Part shown: piece by piece, positions 18,722 through 28,789 of the stretch
Position numbering within the stretch: the stretch's first letter is position 1
How the letters are laid out: every line of letters begins with the position of its first letter
Source of the DNA: Nitrosopumilus sp.
GTDB taxonomy: Archaea > Thermoproteota > Nitrososphaeria > Nitrososphaerales > Nitrosopumilaceae
DNA length: 64,000 nucleotides
Direction: 5' to 3'
Assembly: GCA_965223425.1 (NCBI GenBank)
Contig: OZ245003.1
Location: forward strand, 480,001 to 544,000
The notes under the pieces: generated by a model
What the model saw: the letters and a program-made list of their open reading frames with translations, nothing else
Databases searched by the model: none
Told to the model about the DNA's origin: nothing
Position numbers and translations under genes: made by a program

Positions 18722-18724
18722 GTT

Positions 18725-21700
18725 TTACACTTGGAATTTAGAGCTCAGCGTTGCTATTAATGCGTTAAGATCCTTGTCAGTTAATCCTGACTTTTTCATA
18801 TCTTTTAATATTTTAACTACGAGTTTTTCCATTTTCTTTTTTTGTTCGGGTCTTAATGATACTACGGTATGGTGTTCGCTGCCATCTGCATGAGTTACTG
18901 TTACCTGATATGACGGCTTTACAAAATTATTCGATATATTTGCAAAATGAATCGATGCTAGTCTCTTGAATTTTCCAGATATCGACATCAGGTTATTCTC
19001 AAACATTGCACGTTGATCATCAGTCCAAGATATAGGTGATACTTCTGTCAGGCTCAGGGCCACATAGTTTATCCAGTCCTCATCTCGCTCCAAGACATCA
19101 GATGATAATGCAGTAAGAAACACCTTCATCTTTTGATCAGTAATGCTTTGAAGCATTACAGAGGCAGCTTTTGACAGCTTTGCCCTGTTGTCGATTCCCG
19201 TTGAATCAAAGAGCATTTTTTTGATATCTTGCGTCAGCTTGAGGTATTCATTTTGTAGTGTGGTCTTGGATTTGGTAAGAGTGCTTGAGAATTTTACCAT
19301 GTCTTTTTGTGAGGTTTTAGAGTCAAATCCTAGTGCATTTGGAAGTGATTCAAACAACAAGGTGTCTGGCTCTACTGCGTGCAATACCGCATCTCTTACC
19401 GCCATAGAGTCTTTGTCAAGTCTTTTTGTCTGCTTTACATATGGGGGCAATGCAGACACGATTCGAACTAGGCGTGATACCACATCAAGCACACTGCCTT
19501 CCGAGTTTATCTCAAAGTCAGATATGACCGTCTTTAGCAGTTGCTTTTTGGATGGTGTGCTCTTGAAATATTTGACTTCAAAGTGATCAGGATTCTTTAT
19601 CATTCGCTCTGCAATCTCGATCATAATGTATGGTGTGTACGTGCCATGTTCATACAAGGCAATGTTGTTTTTGTATATCAAAAGAATTGCAACTGCAAAT
19701 ATTGCCAAAACGCCATCCTTTATTCCAAATGGCGAGAGTCTGCACATTTGATATATCTTTGATAGTGGTACTCGCTTGCTAGATTTTTTGATCATATGCA
19801 GAATCGCATCCCACGCCGGCTTGATTTCAGGCCCTCTTGGATCCTGCAGCTTCCATTTGTTTCCTATCGTACCGACATGAATTTTATGGTGATCAAATAT
19901 CGCATTGTATATTGCAACATCGGGACCAAATCCCTCCAGACCAAAGTTGGCCTGGTCTGCATGATTTATCATGTGTTCCAACAGCTTTCTTTTTGCGGCA
20001 GACCCCTGCGAGGATAAGACGGTTCTGTTTATCATCTCGTTGTATATGTGTGGGGTCTGAGGGTATTTTTCATTGCACACCCTGGAGATAATGGCACTTG
20101 GGGTTCCTGACTGTTTTACCGGTTTGTCTGTGAGATATGACCACATCGCGTTTGTTCCATATGTGATTCCAAATTCTCTATCCAAGATGATCTCGGCATC
20201 GGCCAGCCTTTCTTCTAGTTCTTTGCGCGCTACCCAGTCTGATATGACATCTTCGTTGTTGTCTAGAATATCGCGTATTGCCATTACCTCTGTTACTGCG
20301 TGTCGCAGATCAGAGGTGTCACCGGCAGTTACTACAACAAGGGGCTTGTCGGATTTGAATGCAAGGGAATCTCCGGTATTGTATATTATTGCACCGTCAT
20401 AGTTATCATCGAGTTTTATCTCCGGTGTCGTGGTAAATATCCGCTTGAACAGTCTGATTGTGCCGGTCTCTATGCTGTGCCTTGCGGCAACGACGGGTTC
20501 GAGGTTCATGACCTCTTGCAGCATGCCGGTCAGGGAGTACTTTTGATACCTCTTGCGGTACATGTCTAGCTTTGCTGCAATGTCAATGTCTGTACCATGC
20601 CATATCCTGTATTCGTCTGCATACTTTCTGTATGTAATGATGGATTTTTTCTCTAGTTTCTTCAGCACTTGCGTTGCCCCTTCACCCACCGCATAGTTGA
20701 TTATCTTACGTGATGCTCGAAGGTATCCGGATCTCCCAATCAGGTTTAGTATTCCTATGGTCTTGAGGGTCTTTGTCTCTTCCTTGGTCAGTCCGTGCGA
20801 GTCGCGTATTATGGTCTCGATCTCCATAAGTCTGGTAATGCTTGCAGAGCTTGAATGGATCATGCTAGTGCCGGATATGAAATAATCATACAATGTGTCG
20901 AGTCCTATCGACGGCAGCTCGTCTTCTTCCTTCCATGTATTCTCGTCGATGAATGTCGCAACCGTATGCTTGCCGGCATCTGATATAAACGACAGCAGGG
21001 TGCGCTCGTGCTGACCATACCGAGAGCATAACTCCGGCAGAACCTCTAATGCAAGCGGCTCTAGTGGATAGCATGCCGCTACTGTATTGGAGTCAAAGCC
21101 GCTGTCTATGCCGAGACTTTGCATCTGATTTGATTCTTTTTTGGCCCATCTGTAGACATGGCGGCGATTCTTGGTATTTTCGTCTGGTTTTATGGTATTT
21201 GAGATCAAAAGCCTGGTTTGGTCAGGTGAGTTTGCAAATGGAATATCCTCGAATCTTCCCTGGATCTTTGCCCATTCCTGTTTTTGTGTGGCAGAAACGC
21301 CGACTGCATATTCTTCGAACGCCATATGTTGTAACGTGATTATTGACAATGGGAGCTTTCTGCCCGGGCCGGACATCTCTGCAAGCTCCTGCAATAGGAA
21401 CAAGTCGCTTTGTTGGGACTCGTCGGTAGCAAAGTATTCTATGTTTTTGCCAAACTCGTCGATCATTATAACTACTGGCAATTCTTTGCACATGCTCGAT
21501 ATTATCTCCGTCACTTTTTTTGTTGTAGGTATCCTGTTGTTTTTCAAGTCGCGCATGCTTTTGCGCAGCTCGTTTGCCTGTGTGAAATTATTCGTAGTGT
21601 ATCTTTCAAAATATCTGGTTGCTCCGCCGTCTAGCGCGCGGAGTATGGTCGCAGTTATGGGTTCACGCCGCGCCGTTGCCGTACATCTTATCAATCCGTC

Positions 21701-22069
21701 ATTGTGGGTTTTTGTCTTTCCCCTTGCGCTGCGCAGTATCTGGGCAGTATCAGCTGATGTGGCCTTTAACGTCTTGTATGCCACTTGCCATTCAGCATCG
21801 TCTTTTGTTGCCAACAGTCCGTTTAGAAATATCATCATGGTGGACTTGCCCGAGCCGTATGGTCCTGTGATGGATAGCATCCTGCCACTTTTGGCTCCGC
21901 GCAGACCTGCAGAAAACCGTTCTATTATCTCAATGGTGCTAGCACTAGGAAGATAATTTTTCATGGTTGTAATGTCATCGTTTTCTATGTTTGCAGATGG
22001 GAATTGTTTTGGTGGCACCGTGACCAATCTGGACAGGGGAACGGCTTTGGATTTTTGAGCAACTCTCAA
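18725..22069 (-). CDS. sspC: Large P-loop ATPase, SspC-like
   Basis: GPYGSGKS, IMIDEFGK, LLQELAE, EWAKIQGRF, GQHERTL; overlaps DUF4007 gene. Confidence 0.8.
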   Translation of the reverse strand: MRVAQKSKAVPLSRLVTVPPKQFPSANIENDDITTMKNYLPSASTIEIIERFSAGLRGAKSGRMLSITGPYGSGKSTMMIFLNGLLATKDDAEWQVAYKTLKATSADTAQILRSARGKTKTHNDGLIRCTATARREPITATILRALDGGATRYFERYTTNNFTQANELRKSMRDLKNNRIPTTKKVTEIISSMCKELPVVIMIDEFGKNIEYFATDESQQSDLFLLQELAEMSGPGRKLPLSIITLQHMAFEEYAVGVSATQKQEWAKIQGRFEDIPFANSPDQTRLLISNTIKPDENTKNRRHVYRWAKKESNQMQSLGIDSGFDSNTVAACYPLEPLALEVLPELCSRYGQHERTLLSFISDAGKHTVATFIDENTWKEEDELPSIGLDTLYDYFISGTSMIHSSSASITRLMEIETIIRDSHGLTKEETKTLKTIGILNLIGRSGYLRASRKIINYAVGEGATQVLKKLEKKSIITYRKYADEYRIWHGTDIDIAAKLDMYRKRYQKYSLTGMLQEVMNLEPVVAARHSIETGTIRLFKRIFTTTPEIKLDDNYDGAIIYNTGDSLAFKSDKPLVVVTAGDTSDLRHAVTEVMAIRDILDNNEDVISDWVARKELEERLADAEIILDREFGITYGTNAMWSYLTDKPVKQSGTPSAIISRVCNEKYPQTPHIYNEMINRTVLSSQGSAAKRKLLEHMINHADQANFGLEGFGPDVAIYNAIFDHHKIHVGTIGNKWKLQDPRGPEIKPAWDAILHMIKKSSKRVPLSKIYQMCRLSPFGIKDGVLAIFAVAILLIYKNNIALYEHGTYTPYIMIEIAERMIKNPDHFEVKYFKSTPSKKQLLKTVISDFEINSEGSVLDVVSRLVRIVSALPPYVKQTKRLDKDSMAVRDAVLHAVEPDTLLFESLPNALGFDSKTSQKDMVKFSSTLTKSKTTLQNEYLKLTQDIKKMLFDSTGIDNRAKLSKAASVMLQSITDQKMKVFLTALSSDVLERDEDWINYVALSLTEVSPISWTDDQRAMFENNLMSISGKFKRLASIHFANISNNFVKPSYQVTVTHADGSEHHTVVSLRPEQKKKMEKLVVKILKDMKKSGLTDKDLNALIATLSSKFQV

Positions 22070-23019
22070 TGTGTCAACAACCTCATCTGTGGATTCTTGT
22101 CAAGGCGGAGCTTTCTACCGTATGCCAGATGTAGTATCTCCATATGGGCCTTTTCTACAGAGTCAAAGACTAGATGCTGTGCCCCGTTGATGTTGGACAT
22201 CCTTATCGACTCTGCCTTGTTGCATGCCTCCTGGAGCATGTCGGCAATATCATTTTCACCCATCTTGAAGACATTTCCAACGCTTCCGGTCTCGGTTGCA
22301 AGCCTGCCAACGGAGATGCTCTTTGAGGTTATGCCTGCCCTACCCACAAAGTCAATGCACGCAAAGGCCACGATCAGGGGCGATATGCCGTGTTTTTTGC
22401 CAAATACGAACCTCATCGTATCCTTTGAGCTCTGCTTTATCAGGTGTAGCTGTCGGAATGGGCAGTCTAGATAGTCCTCAATGGATAGCTTGGCCTGTCT
22501 GGTACTATAGGTGCGTATGAACACGTCGATATCCTTTTTGACGGATTTTTCACTGGGAGTGTTCCAGTCAGACAGGTTTCTGACGCGCGCCATAACCGAC
22601 TCTGTTACATCCTCGATCTTGAGGTTTGTAGCAGAAAACTCGTTCATAATTATCCACCATACCGGAACCTTGCAAGGAGGGGCAAACAACAGCCAGTGCA
22701 ACAACCACAATGTATCGGGTTGTTCAAGGTAGGGATCAAGACCCTTTTCTCCAAATATAGTGCGTCCCATGTGTGTGGGCTCCCATGTGGCCTTACTTGA
22801 ATGACCGCGTGGTTCTATTATCTTGTTTGCCGTACTCCAAAACCTCATGGAACGAACCATGTTCTTTCCTACTCCGAGTCGTATGGTCGCGTCATCACGT
22901 GAAAATATTTTCCTATCATCTCTTGCCTTGTCATATGCCTTTTTGAGCCATCCGTATCGAAGATGGAATGATTCGTGGTTTGCAAACACGGGTGCAGGTA
23001 TTGCTTCTGTGATCAACAT
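22066..23019 (-). CDS. sspB: DUF4007 protein, SspB-like
   Basis: FANHESFHLRYGWLKK, LGVGKNMVRSMRFW, DPYLE...TLWLLHW. Confidence 0.85.
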   Translation of the reverse strand: MLITEAIPAPVFANHESFHLRYGWLKKAYDKARDDRKIFSRDDATIRLGVGKNMVRSMRFWSTANKIIEPRGHSSKATWEPTHMGRTIFGEKGLDPYLEQPDTLWLLHWLLFAPPCKVPVWWIIMNEFSATNLKIEDVTESVMARVRNLSDWNTPSEKSVKKDIDVFIRTYSTRQAKLSIEDYLDCPFRQLHLIKQSSKDTMRFVFGKKHGISPLIVAFACIDFVGRAGITSKSISVGRLATETGSVGNVFKMGENDIADMLQEACNKAESIRMSNINGAQHLVFDSVEKAHMEILHLAYGRKLRLDKNPQMRLLTH

Positions 23020-24194
23020 TATATCTTTGCAACCTCCGCTTCTTTTCCTCTAACATATTGTACCGCATTTACAATCGAGTTTACTGCCACATCGATATCC
23101 TGTTGCGTTGTATGGCGTCCTATTGATATCCGTATTGATTCGTTTGCCTCGTCTGTATTCAAACCCATGGCAGTGAGAACATGGGATGGTTCCATAGCTG
23201 CTGACGAGCAGGCGCTACCTGTTGCTATCTCTATTTCAGGAGCATTTACAATTACTGCATCAGCAAGTGCGCCGTTGATTCGTATACTTGATGTGTTTGG
23301 AATTCTGTCTGCGTTTTTTCCATTTATTGAAACATCTGAAATAGAGTCTGTTATCTTTTTCTCAAAATTATCTCGTAGCTGTTTTTGTCGTGGACTGTCA
23401 CCCAATCCCTTGACTGATGCAATCTCGCAGGCTTTGCCAAATCCGACTATGCCTGGTACGTTGAGTGTTCCACTGCGCATGTTTTTCTCCTGGCCCCCAC
23501 CATACAGTATTCCCTGCATCTGTTTTCTAGCATGTCTGGTGGCTACTAGCGCACCACATCCCTTGGGACCGTAAATCTTGTGGCTGCTAAACGTTACCAT
23601 GTCAATATCAAGATCCTCTGCGTTAAAGGGAATCTTTCCTATGGCCTGTGTGGCATCACAATGAACTAGGGCATTATATGCATGGGCCCGTTGAGCAATC
23701 TCTTTGATTGGCTGAATTACGCCCGTCTCGCTGTTTGCAGCCATCACCGAGACAATATCTATTCCTCCATTAAACAATTCTTTCTCCAACATGCTAAGGT
23801 CGATTATGCCATCTTTGTTTACCGGAATTTTTCTGACATTGGCTTCCTTCTCTGACAACAACCTGCACGGTTCTAGAACTGATTTGTGTTCTGTGCTTCC
23901 AACTAGAACGCGTAATGGGCTTTCCTTGTTTATTGATAATCCAAAAAAGATCATGTTATTGGCCTCGGTGGCACCAGATGTGAATATAACATCAGCCGGC
24001 CTCATCCCCACAATGTCTGCAACATGTGTCCGTGCATCCTCCACTAGGTCGGCTGCAATATTTCCGGTATTGTGATTCTCACTTGATGGATTTCCAAAAT
24101 TTTTTGTAAATACAGGGATCATGGATTCTAACACACTTTCATCAACTGGGGTAGTAGAGTTGTAATCAAGATATGCCACGTAATAGATTTTCAA
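23019..24194 (-). CDS. sspA: Cysteine desulfurase, SspA/IscS-like
   Basis: YLDYNSTTP, FTSGATEA, SHKIYGPKG (PLP Lys), GSACSS (catalytic Cys). Confidence 0.88.
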   Translation of the reverse strand: MKIYYVAYLDYNSTTPVDESVLESMIPVFTKNFGNPSSENHNTGNIAADLVEDARTHVADIVGMRPADVIFTSGATEANNMIFFGLSINKESPLRVLVGSTEHKSVLEPCRLLSEKEANVRKIPVNKDGIIDLSMLEKELFNGGIDIVSVMAANSETGVIQPIKEIAQRAHAYNALVHCDATQAIGKIPFNAEDLDIDMVTFSSHKIYGPKGCGALVATRHARKQMQGILYGGGQEKNMRSGTLNVPGIVGFGKACEIASVKGLGDSPRQKQLRDNFEKKITDSISDVSINGKNADRIPNTSSIRINGALADAVIVNAPEIEIATGSACSSAAMEPSHVLTAMGLNTDEANESIRISIGRHTTQQDIDVAVNSIVNAVQYVRGKEAEVAKI

Positions 24195-24729
24195 TCATGA
24201 TTTATATCTCTAATCTATTTCAAGCAGTGCGAGCTTGGGGTCACATCCTGACGATCTGTCGCTTATTATAGAATCACAGCATTTGTAATGCATCTTTGGA
24301 TCTGCTCCGATCATCCGGACTCGATCTCTGATTTACAGAGCTCGCCCTCTCCAGAGTGCAAGCCCGTCAGGCAAGACTATTATGATACAGTGCCGTAATA
24401 TTAAACCGATGACAGCACAGAGTACCCACTCTTTCCAATCATCAAAGTTCGTCGGGCCCACCGGCCTCAACCGAGAAAAGCTGGCAGGGAAGATTTCAAA
24501 AATGTCATAGATCCGTACACCCATTACCATACATGACGTACAGGAATTCGGACAAGTCTGGGTTTCGTACGCTATACCGATTAGGTGTCATCCAACCAGC
24601 ACAAAAAACACAAAACTAACACGAAAAGGAAACTTTATGATACCCATGCTGTATTAATCATCGTGCCAAAAACACAAGATCCAAACAATCCTGAAAATAA
24701 AGATGGGGAGCCGGCCGGAAGACACAGAC

Positions 24730-24748
24730 TCCCGCCGAGGGCGCCATC
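24730..24748 (+). repeat. att site (distal copy)
   Basis: Exact copy of 163-181. Confidence 0.92.
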
Positions 24749-24768
24749 ATTTTAGTTTAAATCCCTCA

Positions 24769-25065
24769 CCGATATTCTACATCATCGAGTCTTAAACTAA
24801 CAAAAAACTTGGAAAAGAAGTAACTTTTGATGATTATCGTAAAAACAAGCCTGTTATTGCAGCTGAAGTTGGCCGAGCTTTATCTCAATTAATTCATTAC
24901 AAAGAAAAACTTGGAACAGAAAAATACAATATTGTTGAGGGAATTGTAGTTATTGGAAGAAAAACTAAAGAATCAGATTATTTCATCAAAGTTTTTAGTA
25001 CTTATCTTCATAGCATAGAGATTACCACGTTTGATGACTTGTATGATAAAGCATCAGTCATATAG
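24769..25065 (+). pseudogene. Shedu (SduA/DUF4263-like) nuclease C-terminal remnant
   Basis: Manual translation FYIIE*..EVGRALSQLIHY..GIVVIGR..LHSIEITTFDDLYDKA; no start, internal stop at 24793. Confidence 0.6.
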
Positions 25066-26170
25066 TCTCGAGCAAAAGTTCTTGAGATCAAATATGTTAG
25101 ACAGAAATACATTTTGATCACGCCGCACCACGCATTGCAATGCCCACAGTAAAATCCGAAGACCTGAAGAAAGCGTACAAGAGGGAGAAGAACCCTCGTG
25201 TCAAGATCAGAATGGCGGCCGTAAACATGGTGTGCATGAACAATGAAAGCATTCAACATGTGGCAGACTCGCTCATGCAGTGCCCCAACTGGGTGTCCTT
25301 CTGGGTGGAACGCTTCAAGGAGGAGGAGGGCGGCATAGACGCCCTCCGGGATCTTCCAAAGACAGGCAGGCCGCCAAAGGTTCGGTTGGACAAGATTGCA
25401 AGGGTTGTATCAGATGCAAACAGCAGCGGCATTATTACGCCAAAAAGACTCAAAAGCGACATACAAAAAAGATTCAAAGTAAAATACCACATAACCAGCA
25501 TCAGAAAGATAATGCACAAGCTTGGAATGTCTGCCAAGACGGCTCAGCGCATCCACATCAGCAGGGCAGAAATTGACAAAATCAAAAGGTGGCAACACAA
25601 TGCAAAAAGGCGGATTTCACGCCTGGAATTGAAGGGTTTTACAACTGTCGTTTTTGACGAATCGATATTCATCGACGATCCTGCAAGTGGCGCAAAGTAC
25701 TGATCACCAAAAGGGGAGCCAATCACAACGACATACAAGGGACGGCACGGCAGGGTGGTGGCATACGGCTCCATTGCGACAGACGGCAGGCAGTTCTTTA
25801 GGACATATGACAGGTTTGACAAGGAGACGGTTCTGCAATACATCAAGGAGATGACAAGTCATTTTGGCAAGGTGACAATCATCATGGACAACGCGCCGCA
25901 GCACAAGGCAAGGATTGTAAAAGAGTTTCTTGCAGGCAACCCCGATGTCAGGACAATATGGCTTCCGACTGCAACGCCTGAGCTCAGTGCAGTTGAGGAG
26001 TACTGGCATCAGGCAAAACGGGACGTGTCGGTATCTGAATATTACGCTACGGTTGTGCACATGCGCCATGCAATGTCAGAATATTTCAGGACAGCCCGTC
26101 CCAAGCTTGATGCGATGAAGTTTATCTGTAGAAGGTCGCTCACTCTCAAAAACTTTTGATTGACACTATA
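25061..26170 (+). mobile_element. IS630-family insertion sequence
   Basis: 27-bp TIRs TATAGTCTCGAGCAAAAGTTCTTGAGA / TCTCAAAAACTTTTGATTGACACTATA (4 mismatches, TA ends); HTH + DDE ORF. Confidence 0.9.
25140..26159 (+). pseudogene. IS630 transposase interrupted by one in-frame TGA
   Basis: FDES, MDNAPQHK, PELSAVEEYW motifs; TGA at 25701-25703 in KY*SPKG, both halves in the same frame. Confidence 0.85.
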
Positions 26171-26263
26171 TCTTACATGACTTCCAACTTGATGAATTTT
26201 CTTAAAACCAATTTTCTCAATAATCTTACACATATCTCTACCAAAAATGAGATTAAGTTTCAT
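26171..26263 (-). pseudogene. hicA: hicA toxin 5' half, truncated by IS630
   Basis: IIEKIGF..HQVGSHVRY then runs into IS end; downstream of hicB. Confidence 0.75.
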
Positions 26264-26475
26264 TATGCTTGAATCTGTTGTATTCCTACAAATCTTAATG
26301 GTTCTACATCTTCATCTTTACTACAAGATGATATAGCTTCTTTGATTCTATCTGTTGCTTCTGTTACTGTTTTTCCTTGAGTGTAGCATCCTGAAATATT
26401 TGGAACTTTTGCTATATACATACCATCTTCATCCTGTTCTATGATTACGGTGTATGTTTTTTCTTGTGTCCTCAT
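26263..26475 (-). CDS. hicB: HicB-family antitoxin
   Basis: YTVIIEQDEDG.YIAKVP.ISGCYTQGKT..EA...IKEAI. Confidence 0.85.
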   Translation of the reverse strand: MRTQEKTYTVIIEQDEDGMYIAKVPNISGCYTQGKTVTEATDRIKEAISSCSKDEDVEPLRFVGIQQIQA

Positions 26476-26741
26476 TAATTACGATACTTTGATATTTCTT
26501 TAAACTCTTACGATCCTACCTTTGGTTTTTTGAGTGATTTTGTGACTATCTAGGCGTGAATAAATTAGGGATATGAACAGATCTCCAGAATCATTCTGAG
26601 GACACCATCATTTTTCTAAATTTGATTTGTTGAAAATATCTTTTAACCGATCAGAAATACATTGTATAATTTATAATCGAAAAAGAAATTTTGCATGATT
26701 TTCCTACAAGAATATTAAAATTCAGGCAATTTTAGTAGATT

Positions 26742-27428
26742 TTGATGTCTGAAGAAAAAGATGAATCTGAAGTAGAAGCAACATCTACCGAAGACTCAGC
26801 TTCTGAAACACCATCCAAAGAATCTAAAAAACCTAAAGCCTCTGATGAAGCAGCTGAAGTCGAAGCCACAATAAAGGCTGCAGAAAAAGCAGAAGCTGAA
26901 GCACAAAAAGCTCTTGAAAAAGCAAAAGCGGCAAAAGAAAAAGCAGAAGCTGCAGCAGAAGCAGAATACAAGGCAATTGCCAATGAGATAAAAGCAGAAG
27001 CGGCAAAGGCATCTGATTACACTTTCAAAAGGCAAGGTGAAGAAATCTTTAGACGAGAAATGGGAGAGCCCGAATTTTTCTTAGATAAAAAAAACCGATT
27101 CCCACGCCCAATCCTTTCACCTGAAGAACAAGAAACTATAACAAGAAAAGCTGAGATGTTCAAAGACACTACCCCTGATTATGTTCCTGAACATGTTCTT
27201 AGTCCGGAATTTGGTGGTATTTCCAACTATGAACGTAGCGTAGATGAATTTTTAAAAGTAGCCAAACTAAATCTTGAAACACTAAAAGCTGATCCGGATG
27301 CTACAGAAAAACAAATCCAAGACGCTAAAGATGAAATTACTTATTTAGAATCATTACATGAAAACTATTACATTGGAATGAATGTTTTCAGAACTGCAAA
27401 AGGTGGACGAGACAAGATTAAATCTTAA
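26742..27428 (+). CDS. Hypothetical protein with Ala/Glu/Lys-rich N-terminus
   Basis: Long ORF with host-like codon usage. Confidence 0.7.
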   Translation: MMSEEKDESEVEATSTEDSASETPSKESKKPKASDEAAEVEATIKAAEKAEAEAQKALEKAKAAKEKAEAAAEAEYKAIANEIKAEAAKASDYTFKRQGEEIFRREMGEPEFFLDKKNRFPRPILSPEEQETITRKAEMFKDTTPDYVPEHVLSPEFGGISNYERSVDEFLKVAKLNLETLKADPDATEKQIQDAKDEITYLESLHENYYIGMNVFRTAKGGRDKIKS

Positions 27429-27438
27429 TGGTGATGAT

Positions 27439-28515
27439 ATGAGTGAAGTAAATTTTGATGTAATGAATGCACGTGTCACTTTCAAAAACATCCCTTTACA
27501 TACGTTATCAAAATTTGCCTTCAAAGATGTAATAGCAGCATGTAAGGAATTCAAAAAAATTCCTGCTGTAGATGAATGCATCATTATCCAAACTGCAAGT
27601 AGGGTTGAAATATTTCTGGTAAGTATTGTTGAAACTCCTGATTCTCCTGACGCTAGAAGAGCTGAAGGAAAAACTCTTGTGTTAAACCAAGTTAAAGATA
27701 CATGGATATCTTTGTCATCCTTAGAACAAATTGATATTGATCACTTTGATCAAACTCTTGAAGTGTACAAAGGCGACGACGTATATCTTCATTTATTGCG
27801 TTTAGCATCTGGAATAGACTCTTTTGTTGTAGGAAAACAAGAGGTTTACGATGAGATTGTTCAATCTTTAGCTAATGCAAAAAATGCAGGCGTTTCAGGT
27901 AAAATCACTAACAAACTATTTGAAAGCGTAATTAGATTAGCCACACGAATGCGTGATACTACTGGAATTGGAAAAGACACTGTCTCTCTTGGCGATGTTG
28001 CAGTAAAATTAGTAGATGAAAAAGCTGGACTTGATTCCAAGAAAAAAATCTTAATTATTGGCACTGGTGAGCCTGCAGCTATGCTTGCAAAAACTTTGAA
28101 TAAAAAAGATGCTGCATTTGATGTGGCCAGTAGAAGCGTTGACCGTGCAACCGGATTTACAACGCTTTTGGGAGGTAACCCTGTTGACTTTAACGATGTT
28201 TTAGCTGGTTTTGGCAAATATGACATTATCTTTGTTGCAACAACATCTGATTATTTCTTAATCACCTACGACAGAATTCATTTGGTAATGGAAGAAAAGA
28301 AAAAAGGTACTCTGATTTTAGATTTGTCTGATCCTAGAACCGTTGATGAAGGAATTACCGCTCTTCCGGGAATAAAATTATTGTTCAGAGATCAAATTTA
28401 TGAAATTTTTGAAGAAAGTGTCAAGGCCAGAGCCGGTATTGTCCCTGCAGTGGAAAAAATCATAGAAAAAGAAATTCCTGTCTTATCTGCAACAATGAAA
28501 AAATTAGACGCTTAA
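27439..28515 (+). CDS. hemA: Glutamyl-tRNA reductase-like protein (catalytic Cys absent)
   Basis: HLLRLASGIDS.VVG, Rossmann IIGTGE, DLSDPR; QTASRVE in place of TCNR.E. Confidence 0.75.
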   Translation: MSEVNFDVMNARVTFKNIPLHTLSKFAFKDVIAACKEFKKIPAVDECIIIQTASRVEIFLVSIVETPDSPDARRAEGKTLVLNQVKDTWISLSSLEQIDIDHFDQTLEVYKGDDVYLHLLRLASGIDSFVVGKQEVYDEIVQSLANAKNAGVSGKITNKLFESVIRLATRMRDTTGIGKDTVSLGDVAVKLVDEKAGLDSKKKILIIGTGEPAAMLAKTLNKKDAAFDVASRSVDRATGFTTLLGGNPVDFNDVLAGFGKYDIIFVATTSDYFLITYDRIHLVMEEKKKGTLILDLSDPRTVDEGITALPGIKLLFRDQIYEIFEESVKARAGIVPAVEKIIEKEIPVLSATMKKLDA

Positions 28516-28516
28516 T

Positions 28517-28684
28517 TTAGATGCCTTGCTTTCTTAAAAGAAACTGCATTACGGCTTCTTTAGAATAATCTATTCCATGTTCATCATCAGTGTGTGTTCT
28601 AAAATTCTCAATCACTTCTTCCATTCCCCCTTCAGCTACAAAATCACATTCAAAACCATAATCTCCACACTTGAGTTTTGCCAT
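28517..28684 (-). CDS. DUF1059-like small metal-binding protein (55 aa)
   Basis: Manual translation MAKLKCGDYGFECDF..H...EHG. Confidence 0.75.
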   Translation of the reverse strand: MAKLKCGDYGFECDFVAEGGMEEVIENFRTHTDDEHGIDYSKEAVMQFLLRKQGI

Positions 28685-28789
28685 ATCTTGGAAAAAATCC
28701 TGTGATATAAATATCCACAGGTGTATTTTCCCTTAGTCAAAACCGCTTTTCTTATTCTTAAAATTGGATCTTAATTGACTTTTTGAAAA

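Larger units (their letters stand above)
163..24748. mobile_element. ~24.6 kb tRNA-Asp-integrated element (integrative plasmid/ICE-like defence island)
   Basis: Exact 19-bp direct repeat TCCCGCCGAGGGCGCCATC at 163-181 and 24730-24748; integrase next to the tRNA; plasmid-type and defence genes inside. Confidence 0.93.

Noticed and set aside
15000-24194. BREX type 4 or Dnd system
   Set aside because: No PglZ, BrxL, DndD or DndE recognised; composition fits SspABCD
246-24748. Provirus or casposon
   Set aside because: No capsid, terminase, portal, PolB or Cas1 recognised; ends are tRNA-derived direct repeats, not TIRs
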